From NCBI GenBank assembly GCA_002269645.1, contig NIVC01000566.1, forward strand, positions 186,001 through 250,000: a stretch of 64,000 bases of DNA, written 5' to 3'. The DNA comes from Macrostomum lignano. Lineage: Eukaryota. Shown here in pieces: positions 1-11,400 of the stretch. Under the pieces are notes generated by a model. That model saw nothing but the letters and a program-made list of their open reading frames with translations, was not told the origin of the DNA and did not search any database. A program made the position numbers and the translations under genes. Numbering within the stretch: position 1 is the first letter of the stretch; every line of letters starts with the position of its first letter.

Positions 1-600
1 ATGGGGGAGAGTAGAGAGAACAGAGGAGAGAGAAAAGATTATGGAGACGAGAGGAAAGAGTAGGGAGAAGAAAATGTGTGAGAGTAGAGAAGAGAGATAA
101 AGGGAGAAAGAAGTGGAGTAAAGAAAGAAGAAGGGAGAGAATTAACAACAGGGGGAGAGAGGGGAGAGGAAAGAGGAGAATGGAGAGGGGAGAAAGTAAA
201 GAGAAGGGAGATGGGGAGTGGAGAGCAGAGAGTAAGAGGAGAGAGGAAATAAGAGAGAGGATATGAGATAAGAGGGAAGGGAAGAGACAAGAGTAGGAGA
301 GACAGAAGACAGGAGAGCAGAAAGGAAAGAGTGAGGAGAGAGGAGAGAGGAAAGAACAGGGAAGAGATCAGATGAGAGAAGAGAGAGGTAAGAAAAAAGA
401 GAAATGTGAAGAGATAAAAGAGCAGAGATAAAAGAAGAGAAAGGAGAGATAAGAGAAAAGACATGAGGGAAGAGAGGTGGGGGAAGAGACAAAAGAAGAG
501 GGGAAGGAGAAGAGAGGAAAAAGGAAATAAGAGATGACAGGAGAGACAAAAGATGAGAGAGAAAAGAGGAAACAGAAGCAAAGATAGAAGTTTCAAAGGA
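1..600. repeat. Purine-rich (GA) low-complexity tract, probably within DRG1 intron 1
   Basis: Almost exclusively G/A on the + strand; the overlapping ORFs are low-complexity L/S/F or E/R/G strings. Confidence 0.85.
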
Positions 601-1689
601 TCCGAGGAATGTACATGTAGAGAGAGGCAGAGGTCAGAGTTTTCCTGACTTTTCCAATACATGTTTTAGATTGACATTGCCTGATATTCTACACAGCACC
701 CTAGCCAACAAGATCAATGCTTGCCTCAAATCTTAATTTTAACCGAATTTACTCCATTTTATGTTCATCTCTATCCTAACTATTAACAAGTTTTTGTTTG
801 AGTATAACTTTAAATTTTAGAATACGTGCAAAAATAATTTTGGGGATTGGAATTCCATGGGTTCAAGATCCGCAGGTTTCAACAGCTTACAAGTGCTCAT
901 ATAAAAAATATAGTTTCTAAAGTTAAAATTGTAAAAATATATAAGGTTTTTTAAACTATTTTTTATGAAAATCCAAAGTAATTAAACTGAAAGTGGGGGC
1001 CACAGGGGGGCCTGGCCCTCCCTTGGATGCATCAATTTTAGAATATGTGCAAATTTAGATGCAAATATGCCAATTTTAGAACACTATTACACTATTGACA
1101 TTGGATAGGGCTCATAACAGCCAGCCTTCAAACTCAAACTGCAAACTCTGCCTTCAATATTTGTAACCATAGCTAATTGTAACTCTTATTTTCTCAACAG
1201 AAATTAAAATTTTAGATTTTTTTCTTAGAAAGATTGCAATAAACAAAATTATGCTTGCAAAAAATTACATTGTATTACAAATCATTTTGGTTTTGCATGA
1301 CTTGTAATATCTGCTATAAACTTTCATTTTTCTTTTTAAAAAGTCATTTTGTTTGCTGGCAGAGGAAAAGGTGGCAGATGAAATGACTGCGCACCAAATT
1401 ATGACAAGAATAATTTGTATATTGTTGCCATGCCTACTATGTTGCTTTTAATTTTTACATTTAAATAAAATAACTAAGCTTTCCGCTTATTAACTTTTTG
1501 ATATTTTCATTTCTAGTATAAACCAAGCATGAAGCATGATTAAATTTGATCTATATTTAAAATTATATTGCAATTAAAGTTTCTATTATACAAAGAAAAA
1601 ATAGAGACTACAAACACATTGTGATCGAATGGATGTTTCTGCAGATGAAAATCTAGTACAAATTCAATATTTGCTTGACACAATGTGCT

Positions 1690-1900
1690 TTGGAGGGTTT
1701 GAAGCCTAGTGGTTAGAGTATCACAACTTGAAGGTTGGGGGTTCGATTCCTTTAGAACAATTTCTATTTTTGAGAAAGACACTTAACTTGGTATTGCTTC
1801 AGTTCACCCAGCTGTAAAATGGATGCTAGCATTAGCTATGGTAATTAAGGGTGTGTGGCAACCCCCTAGTCCTTGGACTAAACAGCCGTATGCATCCTTC
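1690..1900 (+). mobile_element. tRNA-derived SINE with CORE-like central domain (3' end approximate)
   Basis: A-box-like AGCCTAGTGGTTAGAG (~1703-1718), B box GGTTCGATTCC (1740-1750), then GAGAAAGACACTTAAC...CTTCAGTTCACCCAGCTGTAAAATGG (1772-1822), which resembles the MIR CORE consensus GGGCAAGTCACTTAAC...CCTCAGTTTCCTCATCTGTAAAATGG as recalled. Confidence 0.7.
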
Positions 1901-2168
1901 AGATGTGCTATATAATAGCTGTGGCTAAGCTTTTGGTTGCACATCTGCCTATTAAGGCATATGTAATCAAACTTTATTATTATTTGGCACATTAGCATGT
2001 CTAGGTTCAAATGTCTATGGTAAATAAAAAGGGCTAGATTTGTTTGGTATTACAGTTCATAGCTCAACTCAACAAAGATCTGTCCCTGGGCAGACTCTTC
2101 TGCCATGGCAACTACCAGATGAAAATTTCATGCAAGAAACACAACCCAAACCGATCAACTCTGTTTAG

Positions 2169-4320
2169 ATGGCCCGCACCCAGCGAAACAAGGCCACCAT
2201 GGGTCACCTGGGCCTGCTGAAGGCTCGCCTGGCCAAGCTGAAACGCGAGCTCATCGAGCCCAAAGGCGGCGGCGGCGGCGGCACCGGCGAAGGCTTCGAC
2301 GTGGCAAAAACTGGCGACGCCCGGGTCGGCTTTGTCGGCTTCCCGTCGGTCGGCAAATCGACGCTGTTGAGCAACCTGGCGGGTGTCTACTCCGAGGTGG
2401 CCGCCTACGAGTTTACGACCTTGACGACCGTGCCTGGGGTCATCAAGTACAAGGGCGCCAAGATCCAGCTGCTCGACCTGCCCGGCATCATCGAGGGCGC
2501 CAAGGACGGCAAAGGTCGGGGTAAACAGGTCGGTTTTGGGGCCTGGAGAATCAGGGGAACTGTAGCAGCTGGGTGGCTGAAGAATCAGGGGAACTGTAGC
2601 AGCTGGGTGGCTGAAGAATCAGGGGAACTGTAGCAGCTGGGTGGCTGAAGAATCAGGGGAACTGTAGCAGCTGGGTGGCTGAAGAATCAGGGGAACTGTA
2701 GCAGCTGGGTGGCTGAAGAATCAGGGGAACTGTAGCAGCTGGGTGGCTGAAGAATCAGGGGAACTGTAGCAGCTGGGTGGCTGAAGAATCAGGGGAACTG
2801 TAGCAGCTGGGTGGCTGAAGAATCAGGGGAACTGTAGCAGCTGGGTGGCTGAAGAATCAGGGGAACTGTAGCAGCTGGGTGCCTGGATAATCAGGGGAAC
2901 TGTAGCAGCTGGGTGGCTGAAGAATCAGGGGAACTGTAGCAGCTGGGTGGCTGAAGAATCAGGGGAACTGTAGCAGCTGGGTGGCTGAAGAATCAGAGGA
3001 ACTGTAGCAGCTGGGTGGCTGAAGAATCAGGGGAACTGTAGCAGCTGGGTGGCTGAAGAATCAGGGGAACTGTAGCAGCTGGGTGGCTGAAGAATCAGGG
3101 GAACTGTAGCAGCTGGGTGGCTGAAGAATCAGGGGAACTGTAGCAGCTGGGTGGCTGAAGAATCAGGGGAACTGTAGCAGCTGGGTGGCTGAAGAATCAG
3201 GGGAACTGTAGCAGCTGGGTGGCTGAAGAATCAGGGGATGGGTAAATTAATAATCAGGTTGAACTCCGCCCGTTGTGTCGCCCAGGTGATTGCGGTGGCG
3301 CGCACCTGCTCATTGATTCTGATCGTGCTGGACGTGCTGAAGCCGCTGCAGCACAAGCGTCTCATTGAGCACGAAGTGGAGGGCTTCGGCATCCGGCTGA
3401 ACAAGCAGCCACCCAACATCGGCTTCAAGCGGAAGGACAAGGGCGGCATCAACCTGCAGTGCCTGGTGCCGCAGTCCGAGCTCGATGGCGACGTTGTCAA
3501 GGGCATTCTGAATGAGTACAAAATTCACAATGCCGATATCACGCTGAGGTGAGGCGTTTTCTGTTTTATTTCTGACTGTGATCAGATTTTAGGTGAGATT
3601 GTAGATGAGATTTTAGGTGAGATTGTAGATGAGATTTTAGGTGAGATTGTATATGAGATTTCAGGTGAGATTGTAGGTGAGATTACAGATGAGATTGTAG
3701 TTAAGATTCCTGGTTAGATTGTAGATGAGATTTAAGGTGAGATTACAGGTGAGATTGTAGGTGTAGGTGAGATTTTAGATGAGATTTCATGTAAGATTTA
3801 AGGTGAGGACTCTGAAACAGAAGGAATTTAGTGAGACTTGAGATTAACGAGTTTCCACTCGCCCCCCCGCCCCGCCAGATATGACGCCACAGCCGAGGAC
3901 CTGATCGACGTGATCGAGGGCAACCGAGTGTACATCCCGGCCATCTACGTGCTGAACAAGATCGACCAGATCACCATCGAGGAGCTGGACGTGATCTACA
4001 AGATTCCCCACTGCGTGCCGATCTCGGCGCATCACAAGTGGAACTTTGACGACCTGCTGGAGCTGATCTGGGACTACCTGCACCTGGTGCGCATCTACAC
4101 CAAGCCCAAGGGCCAGCTGCCGGACTATGAGGCGCCCATCGTGCTGAAGACCGGACGGCAGACCGTTGAGGACTTCTGCAACAAGCTGCACCGCAGCATC
4201 ATCAGGGAGTTCAAGTACGCCCTGGTGTGGGGCTCCTCCGTCAAGCACACGCCGCAGAAGGTCGGCAAAGATCACGAACTGGCCGATGAGGATGTGGTGC
4301 AGATCATCAAGAAAGTTTAG
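2169..4320 (+). CDS. DRG1: Developmentally regulated GTP-binding protein 1 (OBG-family GTPase with TGS domain), 5'-partial. Exons 2169-2528, 3286-3548, 3879-4320
   Basis: G1 GFPSVGKS, G2 YEFTTLT, G3 DLPG, G4 NKID and TGS tail [18 protein letters not shown]. All GT/AG junctions are phase-consistent. AG precedes ATG2169, and the ~14-aa N-terminal exon known from DRG1 was not found in the window. Confidence 0.95.
2546..3238. repeat. 34-bp minisatellite, ~20 copies, filling DRG1 intron 2529-3285
   Basis: Unit AATCAGGGGAACTGTAGCAGCTGGGTGGCTGAAG, near-perfect copies. Confidence 0.95.
3585..3810. repeat. Degenerate ~12-bp repeat in DRG1 intron 3549-3878
   Basis: GAGATT(G/T)TAG(G/A)T units, several forming AG|GTGAGA donor-like strings. 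Confidence 0.8.
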
Positions 4321-5504
4321 GTGTTGACTGGAGGTGATAAGCTGAACTTTTTTGTCCTGTTGGTGCGGTCTGTTTTCTCGGCTTTCTGCATTATGAAATA
4401 TTAAAGAGTATTGTGAAGCCTATCATTTATTAAATACACTGCATGCCTGTCTTACTATTGCGTCTCGACTGCCCGGCTGACAATTCCTGTTTGATGTCGA
4501 TTTCACAGCGTTGTTCTTTTAAACCGTTGTCGAACGTAGAAGTTCGATGAGCGCTGCAAGTTAAGTAGAGTTGGCCACGGTTAGCTGAGATAGATATTTA
4601 CCTGTGCAAGGTGGGGTTGAGGGGGCGTAGTGGTCTGGCGCGGCTCTCTGGTGTGCCGGCGGCCCAGGCTCAACTTCACATTGATTTGGGGCAAAATTGA
4701 AGTCTCGGCCTTACAATCCTACTATCAGTACTATAAGAAAAAGCGAGTGTTTAACATTGTCCTTATTTAGCAAGTGACAGACAAGTTCGCAAACGGAGCC
4801 TTTTTAAATGCCCGCTTTCACAAAACGAAAAAAAAATTTGTTGAGTTTGATAACAGACTCAACAACTACGAAGTACCCGGATTGGCATTTACGATGGGGA
4901 AGCAGGATCTACTTTGTCTTTTTGTTGATGAATGTACATGTGATTTACACTGTAACTTGGGGGCTGCGCGTGAACACGGGGGCCGCCACACTGAGGTCTC
5001 TCGCTTATTTTGTCTGGAACTCCCAGGCCATGCAGGCCAGCTCAGACGCCATCAGTGCGCGCCTGCAGCTGCTATAATCCCGTTAGCTGTGCCGCCACCG
5101 AATTCACCGCCGCAGATGTGCAGAGATCAAGAAGCTGCTCAGCCAACTCGATCGAATAGACAGACTTCTTATCCTCTTTAGTCTTTAGCGCCTCTGATCA
5201 AGTGGTCCTCAGAGACTGCATGGGAGCTGCACTGCCGAAGATGAGCATAGCGAGAGATGAGGCGAGAACTGAAGCTGAGGGCAGAGCAGCGCCGCCTGCA
5301 GCTCCAAGCGGAGGCGCCAATCGAATTTCATGGCCCCAGCTGTTTAGTTATTTTTATTTTGCATTGGCCAATCCATGCGGCTAACGGAGTTGCTGGAGAG
5401 GCCATGGCACTCGGACTTGAAGTGGCCGAGTGGGCGCAACTGCCGTGCCGTGTCTCAGCCGCCACCGAGTTGGTACTGGTGTGTGTAAACTGGCACTCAG
5501 AATT

Positions 5505-6880
5505 ATTATAAACCGGCACCCAGAATCATTATAAACTGGCACCCAGAATCATTATAAACTGGCAGAGAGAATCATTATAAACTGACACTGAGAATCATTA
5601 TAAACTGACACTGAGAATCATTATAAACTGGCACTGAGAATCATTATAAACTGGCACTGAGAATCATTATAAACTGACACTGAGAATCATTATAAACTGA
5701 CACTGAGAATCATTATAAACTGACACTGAGAATCATTATAAACTGGCACTGAGAATCATTATAAACTGACACTGAGAATCATTATAAACTGACACTGAGA
5801 ATCATTATAAACTGGCACTGAGAATCATTATAAACTGACACTGAGAATCATTATAAACTGACACTGAGAATCATTATAAACTGGCACTGAGAATCATTAT
5901 AAACTGGCACTGAGAATCATTATAAACTGGCACTGAGAATCATTATAAACTGGCACTGAGAATCATTATAAACTGGCACTGAGAATCATTATAAACTGGC
6001 ACTGAGAATCATTATAAACTGGCACTGAGAATCATTATAAACTGACACTGAGAATCATTATAAACTGGCACTGAGAATCATTATAAACTGGCACTGAGAA
6101 TCATTATAAACTGGCACTGAGAATCATTATAAACTGACACTGAGAATCATTATAAACTGACACTGAGAATCATTATAAACTGGCACTGAGAATCATTATA
6201 AACTGGCACTGAGAATCATTATAAACTGGCACTGAGAATCATTATAAACTGGCACTGAGAATCATTATAAACTGGCACTGAGAATCATTATAAACTGGCA
6301 CTGAGAAACATTATAAACTGGCAGAGAGAATCATTATGAACTGGCACTGAGTCACTGCTCAGTGACTGGCACTGAGTCACTTCTCAGTCACAATCACTGA
6401 GAATCATTATGAACTGGCACTGAGAATCATTATAAACTGGCACCCAGAAACATTATAAACTGGCACTGAGAATCACAATAAACTGGCATGAAGAGTCACA
6501 ATAAACTGGCATGAAGAGTCACAATAAACTGGCATGAAGAGTCACAATAAACTGGCATGAAGAGTCACAATAAACTGGCATGAAGAGTCACAATAAACTG
6601 GCATGAAGAGTCACAATAAACTGGCATGAAGAGTCACAATAAACTGGCATGAAGAATCACAATAAACTGGCATGAAGAGTCACAATAAACTGGCATGAAG
6701 AGTCACAATAAACTGGCATGAAGAGTCACAATAAACTGGCATGAAGAGTCACAATAAACTGGCATGAAGAGTCACAATAAACTGGCATGAAGAGTCACAA
6801 TAAACTGGCATGAAGAGTCACAATAAACTGGCATGAAGAGTCACAATAAACTGGCATGAAGAGTCACAATAAACTGGCAA
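5505..6880. repeat. Compound 23-bp minisatellite (two related sub-arrays)
   Basis: GAGAATCATTATAAACTG(G/A)CACT x~35 (5505-6320), then GAGTCACAATAAACTGGCATGAA x~17 (6473-6880); both share ATAAACTGGCA. Confidence 0.95.
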
Positions 6881-7799
6881 TAAACTTGCTGCATGCTTGT
6901 GGCTGATTGCGCGACACCATTGATTTCATACCGGTATAGATTGATCAGCTGATCATACTGAGCTGTCTGAGACGATAACAGCATACGGTGCCTGCTTGTT
7001 GCTGTCATGCTCGCTCACCCACCATCCTCATCAGATTTTATCTGCAATGTCGAGTTCCGCGCTTCAACTCTGATAGGAACTATTTTGACATGGACATAGC
7101 TGTATACCTATCACACTGGACCATCAGATTGACAACTGCTTGACATATCTTAACTCGTATTTTGAACCCAAGACGCTTAAACTTGCGTCACCTTGCACAG
7201 TTACTATTTTTTAAAGCAAGTCCATGCATAGCGTCCGTCATCTCGCACGACTCGGTGAACTCTTTCTTCTTCAGCGCTTCTTGAGAATCTAAAATAATAA
7301 TTTCTGTTATGCCGACTGCTATATGCCGATATGCCGATATAATATGCCGATTGCGTCACGAGGAGATGGTTTTGCAATGACTGATTTTTTATGTTGCATA
7401 TACAAAGCTTTGGCATTTCCTTCATTATTTTTTTCAACCCCGCAGACCCCACGGAGGGTGCCCGAGAGCCCTCTTGCAGTAGGTGCAGTTGTAAATAATA
7501 ACAGAAGCCTCACTGCACGACTCTCAGGAGTTTGAGAAGCTGTCGCAACAACCGCGCGCGCACTCAGGAAGCGCCGCTCGCATTGAATTTGCATGTCTGA
7601 TGAGGCTCGGCGGGAGCTGCACGGAGGGAAATCCTGGTTCGCCGTCAGAGGTCAAACCTTAGCTGGATGAGACCTCCTCACACACAGAGGCAGGCAGCTC
7701 AGCGGGGAGTCCTGCATCGATTTCGAATCCACTGCGAGCATCTCTGCTAATCAATTATGCAACTCAACTGTGAGCAGGGAAGGTGGTGTTGAGGGCTCA

Positions 7800-7950
7800 G
7801 CCCCTTCCTTCTCCCTTCTCTTCCAGTCCCCTCTCCCTTGTCTCCTCTCTCCCTTCTCCCCCTCTCCCTTCTCTCCCCTCTCCCTTCTCCCCCTCTCCCT
7901 TCTCTCCCCTCTCCCTTCTCCCCCTCTCCCTTCTCTCCCTCTCCGTTCTC
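7800..7950. repeat. Pyrimidine-rich (CT) low-complexity repeat
   Basis: CTCTCCCCTCTCCCTT-type units. Confidence 0.8.
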
Positions 7951-8477
7951 TCAACCCCCTGCCCGATCTCCTAGATGCCATTCACGTTAATCTGCTGTGC
8001 TGTGCAAAATGAGGGGTTGCTGACACGCAAGGTGCACAGCGAATGCTGCGAATTGCACCTGCAATCTGTATCGCCACCAAAAAATTCTTTTTCGGTCATA
8101 AATACTCGCTCAGCCAAAATGTGCCAACAACAGACTCGATTGTTGGCGCTACTTTCGATTTTTTCCGCCAGCGCAGGTGCCACTCGGCGGCCGGTGGCGG
8201 CAAACATCAAAGAGCGTCAATCGCACACATCAATCGAGCCTGCCCATGCAGCCCCCCAACCCTGAGTGAGCAGGAGGGTGAGAAACAGCTAATTGCTTGG
8301 CTGCCACGCGGGCCCCACTGCACCGTCTAATTGGCCAACCCCGCCCCGCCGCGGCCGCCCGCCATTGGCTGCCCCGCAGGCTCCACCGGGTCTCCCGCTA
8401 GACGCAGACTTCCCTCCTCTCCTCCGCCCGCTTGAAAAGCCACTCCATTACTGTTGCTTCACGTCCGGAGCTTCGCT

Positions 8478-11400
8478 ATGACACTCTGCGGATTCGAACC
8501 GGTGACCTCCACTGCCGGCGGCGCCGGCGAAATCGACATCGAAATTGGCATTGACCAGGACGACGATTCGATTACTGGTAGCGAGGGTGACAGCCTGCCG
8601 GTCAGCTCAGCGAGCTGCGCCTCCGGCTCCGCTGCCGGGCGCGGCGGCGGCGTCAAGCGCGCCGCTCCGTGCCAGCAGTCCGCGGCAGTTGGTGGCGATG
8701 AGCCAGCAGAATCCGACGAGCAGCAACAGCCGGTCAAAGCTGTCAAGGTTTGCGCCGATTGATTTATGGCACTTGATGTTGCATGTTGATGCGACATGCA
8801 GGCCACGTTATAGACACCCAAAGCAGAGGCCTGACACCCAAAGCAGAGGCCTGACACCCAAAGCAGAGGCCTGACACCCAAAGCAGAGGCCTGACACCCA
8901 AAGCAGAGGCCTGACACCCAAAGCAGAGGCCTGACACCCAAAGCAGAGGCCTGACACCCAAAGCAGAGGCCTGACACCCAAAGCAGAGGCCTGACACCCA
9001 AAGCAGAGGCCTGACACCCAAAGCAGAGGCCTGACACCCAAAGCAGAGGCCTGACACCCAAAGCAGAGGCCTGACACCCAAAGCAGAGGCCTGACACCCA
9101 AAGCAGAGGCCTGACACCCAAAGCAGAGGCCTGACACCCAAAGCAGAGGCCTGACACCCAAAGCAGAGGCCTGACACCCAAAGCAAAGGCCTGACACCCA
9201 AAGCTGAGGGCCTGACACCCAAAGCAGAGGCCTGACACCCAGGGTTAGAGACTCTGACACCCAAAGCAGAGGCCTGACACCCAGGGTTAGAGACCCTGAC
9301 ACCCAAAGCAGAGGCCCTGACACCCAAAGCGAGAGACCCTAACACCCAAAGCGAGAGACCCTGACACCACAGTTAGAAACCCTGACACCCAGGGTTAGAG
9401 ACCCTGACACCCAGGGTTAGAGACCCTGACACCCAGGGTTAGAGACCCTGACACCCAAAGCGAGAGACCCTGACACCACAGTTAGAAACCCTGACACCCA
9501 GGGTTAGAGACCCTGACACCTAGGGTTAGAGACCCTGACACCTAAGGCTAGAGACCCTGACACCCAGGGTTAGAGACCCTGACACCCAGGGTTAGAGACC
9601 CTGACACCCAGGGTTAGAGACCCTGACACCCAAAGCAGAGGCCCTGATACCCAAAGCTAGAAACCCTGACACCCAAGGCTAGAGACCCTGACACCAAAGT
9701 TAGAGACCCTGACACGCAGGGTTAGAGACCCTGACAGCCAGGGTTAGACACCCTGACACCCAAATCTAGAAACCCTGACACCCAAAGCTAGAGAACCTGA
9801 CACCAAAGTTAGAGACCCTGACACCCAGGGTTAGAGACCCTGACACCCAGGGTTAGACACCCTGACACCCAAATCTAGAAACCCTGACACCCAAAGCTAG
9901 AGAACCTGACACCAAAGTTAGAGACCCTGACACCCAGGGTTAGAGACCCTGACACCCAGGGTTAGACACCCTGACACCCAAATCTAGAAACCCTGACACC
10001 CAAAGCTAGAGAACCTGACACCCAAGGCAAGGCTAGACCCTTGTCAGTCATTAGCCAGTGTATTTAGCCATGAGTGGGCAGTCCTGCAGTTTATAGCCAC
10101 CATCAATCTGCCTCATTGAGTTGAAGCTCATCCTTAAAAACTCCGGAAGCTTCGTACAGCTCGAGATTCTTAATGACAAGTTCTCATGCAGTGCGAGGGG
10201 ATTAAAACTTCGAAAGAGGGATTTTCGCTATTCAACAAGTCTCAAATCGCCTGAGATCTTTATGACCGGGGCTTTGTTCTGCGCCTGTATGCAGCTGCTC
10301 AGGCTGAGCCCTTCACTTTTTATTGAAGTTTCCATGCTAAACTCTAACGGATCGCCTGGTTACGGTTTGGCTGTCTTAGTTTGGCGTCTTCAGGCTTCAA
10401 TGGGCAGAGATTAAGACCGCCTCGAGAGCCAAGCCAGCCACTTCAGCCTCGTGCAGTGGGGCTGCATGGCCTGTCCCGCCTCTCCTCCACGTTTCTCCAC
10501 CGTTGCGAAATCTGGCAAGCCGGCTCAGAGCTCGTGCAGACTCGCAGACTTGAGGCCTCGTGCCTTTCCGGGATGTGACGCAATCAAGCAGTGATTTTGC
10601 AATCAGAGTCGAATAAAAGCTCTTTTACTGCAACTATGAAACAGACTTCGGTTGTTGCTGGGTGCAAAGTTCGAATCCCCGCCAGAGAAATTCCCGAGAA
10701 TGTCCACTTGTCTTTTATGCGCACTTATGCACGCAGCCGCATGACTTTCTTCACTTGCTGTCTGCAAGGAAGAGTTGGCACCTTTCACTTCAGTATGCTG
10801 ACCTAATTACTGTTGAATACCTGAGACAGCCTGAATACCTGTACCGTGCAATCTACACTGTACCCTGCAATCTACACTGTACCCTGCAATCTACACTCTA
10901 CCCTGCAATCTACAATCTACCCCAATCTACACTCTACCCCAATCTACACTCTACCCCAATCTACAATCTACCCCAATCTACAATCTACCACAATCTACAC
11001 TCTACCCTGCAATCTACAATCTACCCTAATCTACACTGTACCCTGCAATCTACACTGTACCCTGCAGTCTACACTCTACCCTGCAATCTACACTCTACCC
11101 AGCAATCTACACTCTACCCCAATCTACACTCTACCCCAATCTACACTTTACCCCAATCTACAATCTACCCCAATCAACAATCTACCCTACAATCTACTCT
11201 ACGCAACTCTACCCGAAAACTGCTGATTCCAGGTGAATCTGCGGCACACGCCGCCGTGCTCGGCCTGCGGTCTCCCCATCGTCGACTGCCAGCTGATGGC
11301 TCTGAGGCGACCGGTTGTTAAGTGAGTTGGGCTGCTGCAGGTGCTTTTAATTTTTTATAATTGTCAATCTTTCTACTTCGGGGGCGATGCAAAAGTGAGA

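Noticed and set aside
39-662. L/S/F-rich and E/R/G-rich ORFs
   Set aside because: Translations of a GA low-complexity tract.
4774-5519. Several short ORFs after DRG1 (e.g. MRRELKLRAEQRR...)
   Set aside because: No recognisable domain and no consistent splice partners; more likely non-coding or regulatory.
8459-9345. Minus-strand ORFs with GVRPLLWVSGLCFGCQASAL repeats
   Set aside because: Readings of the 20-bp intronic array.
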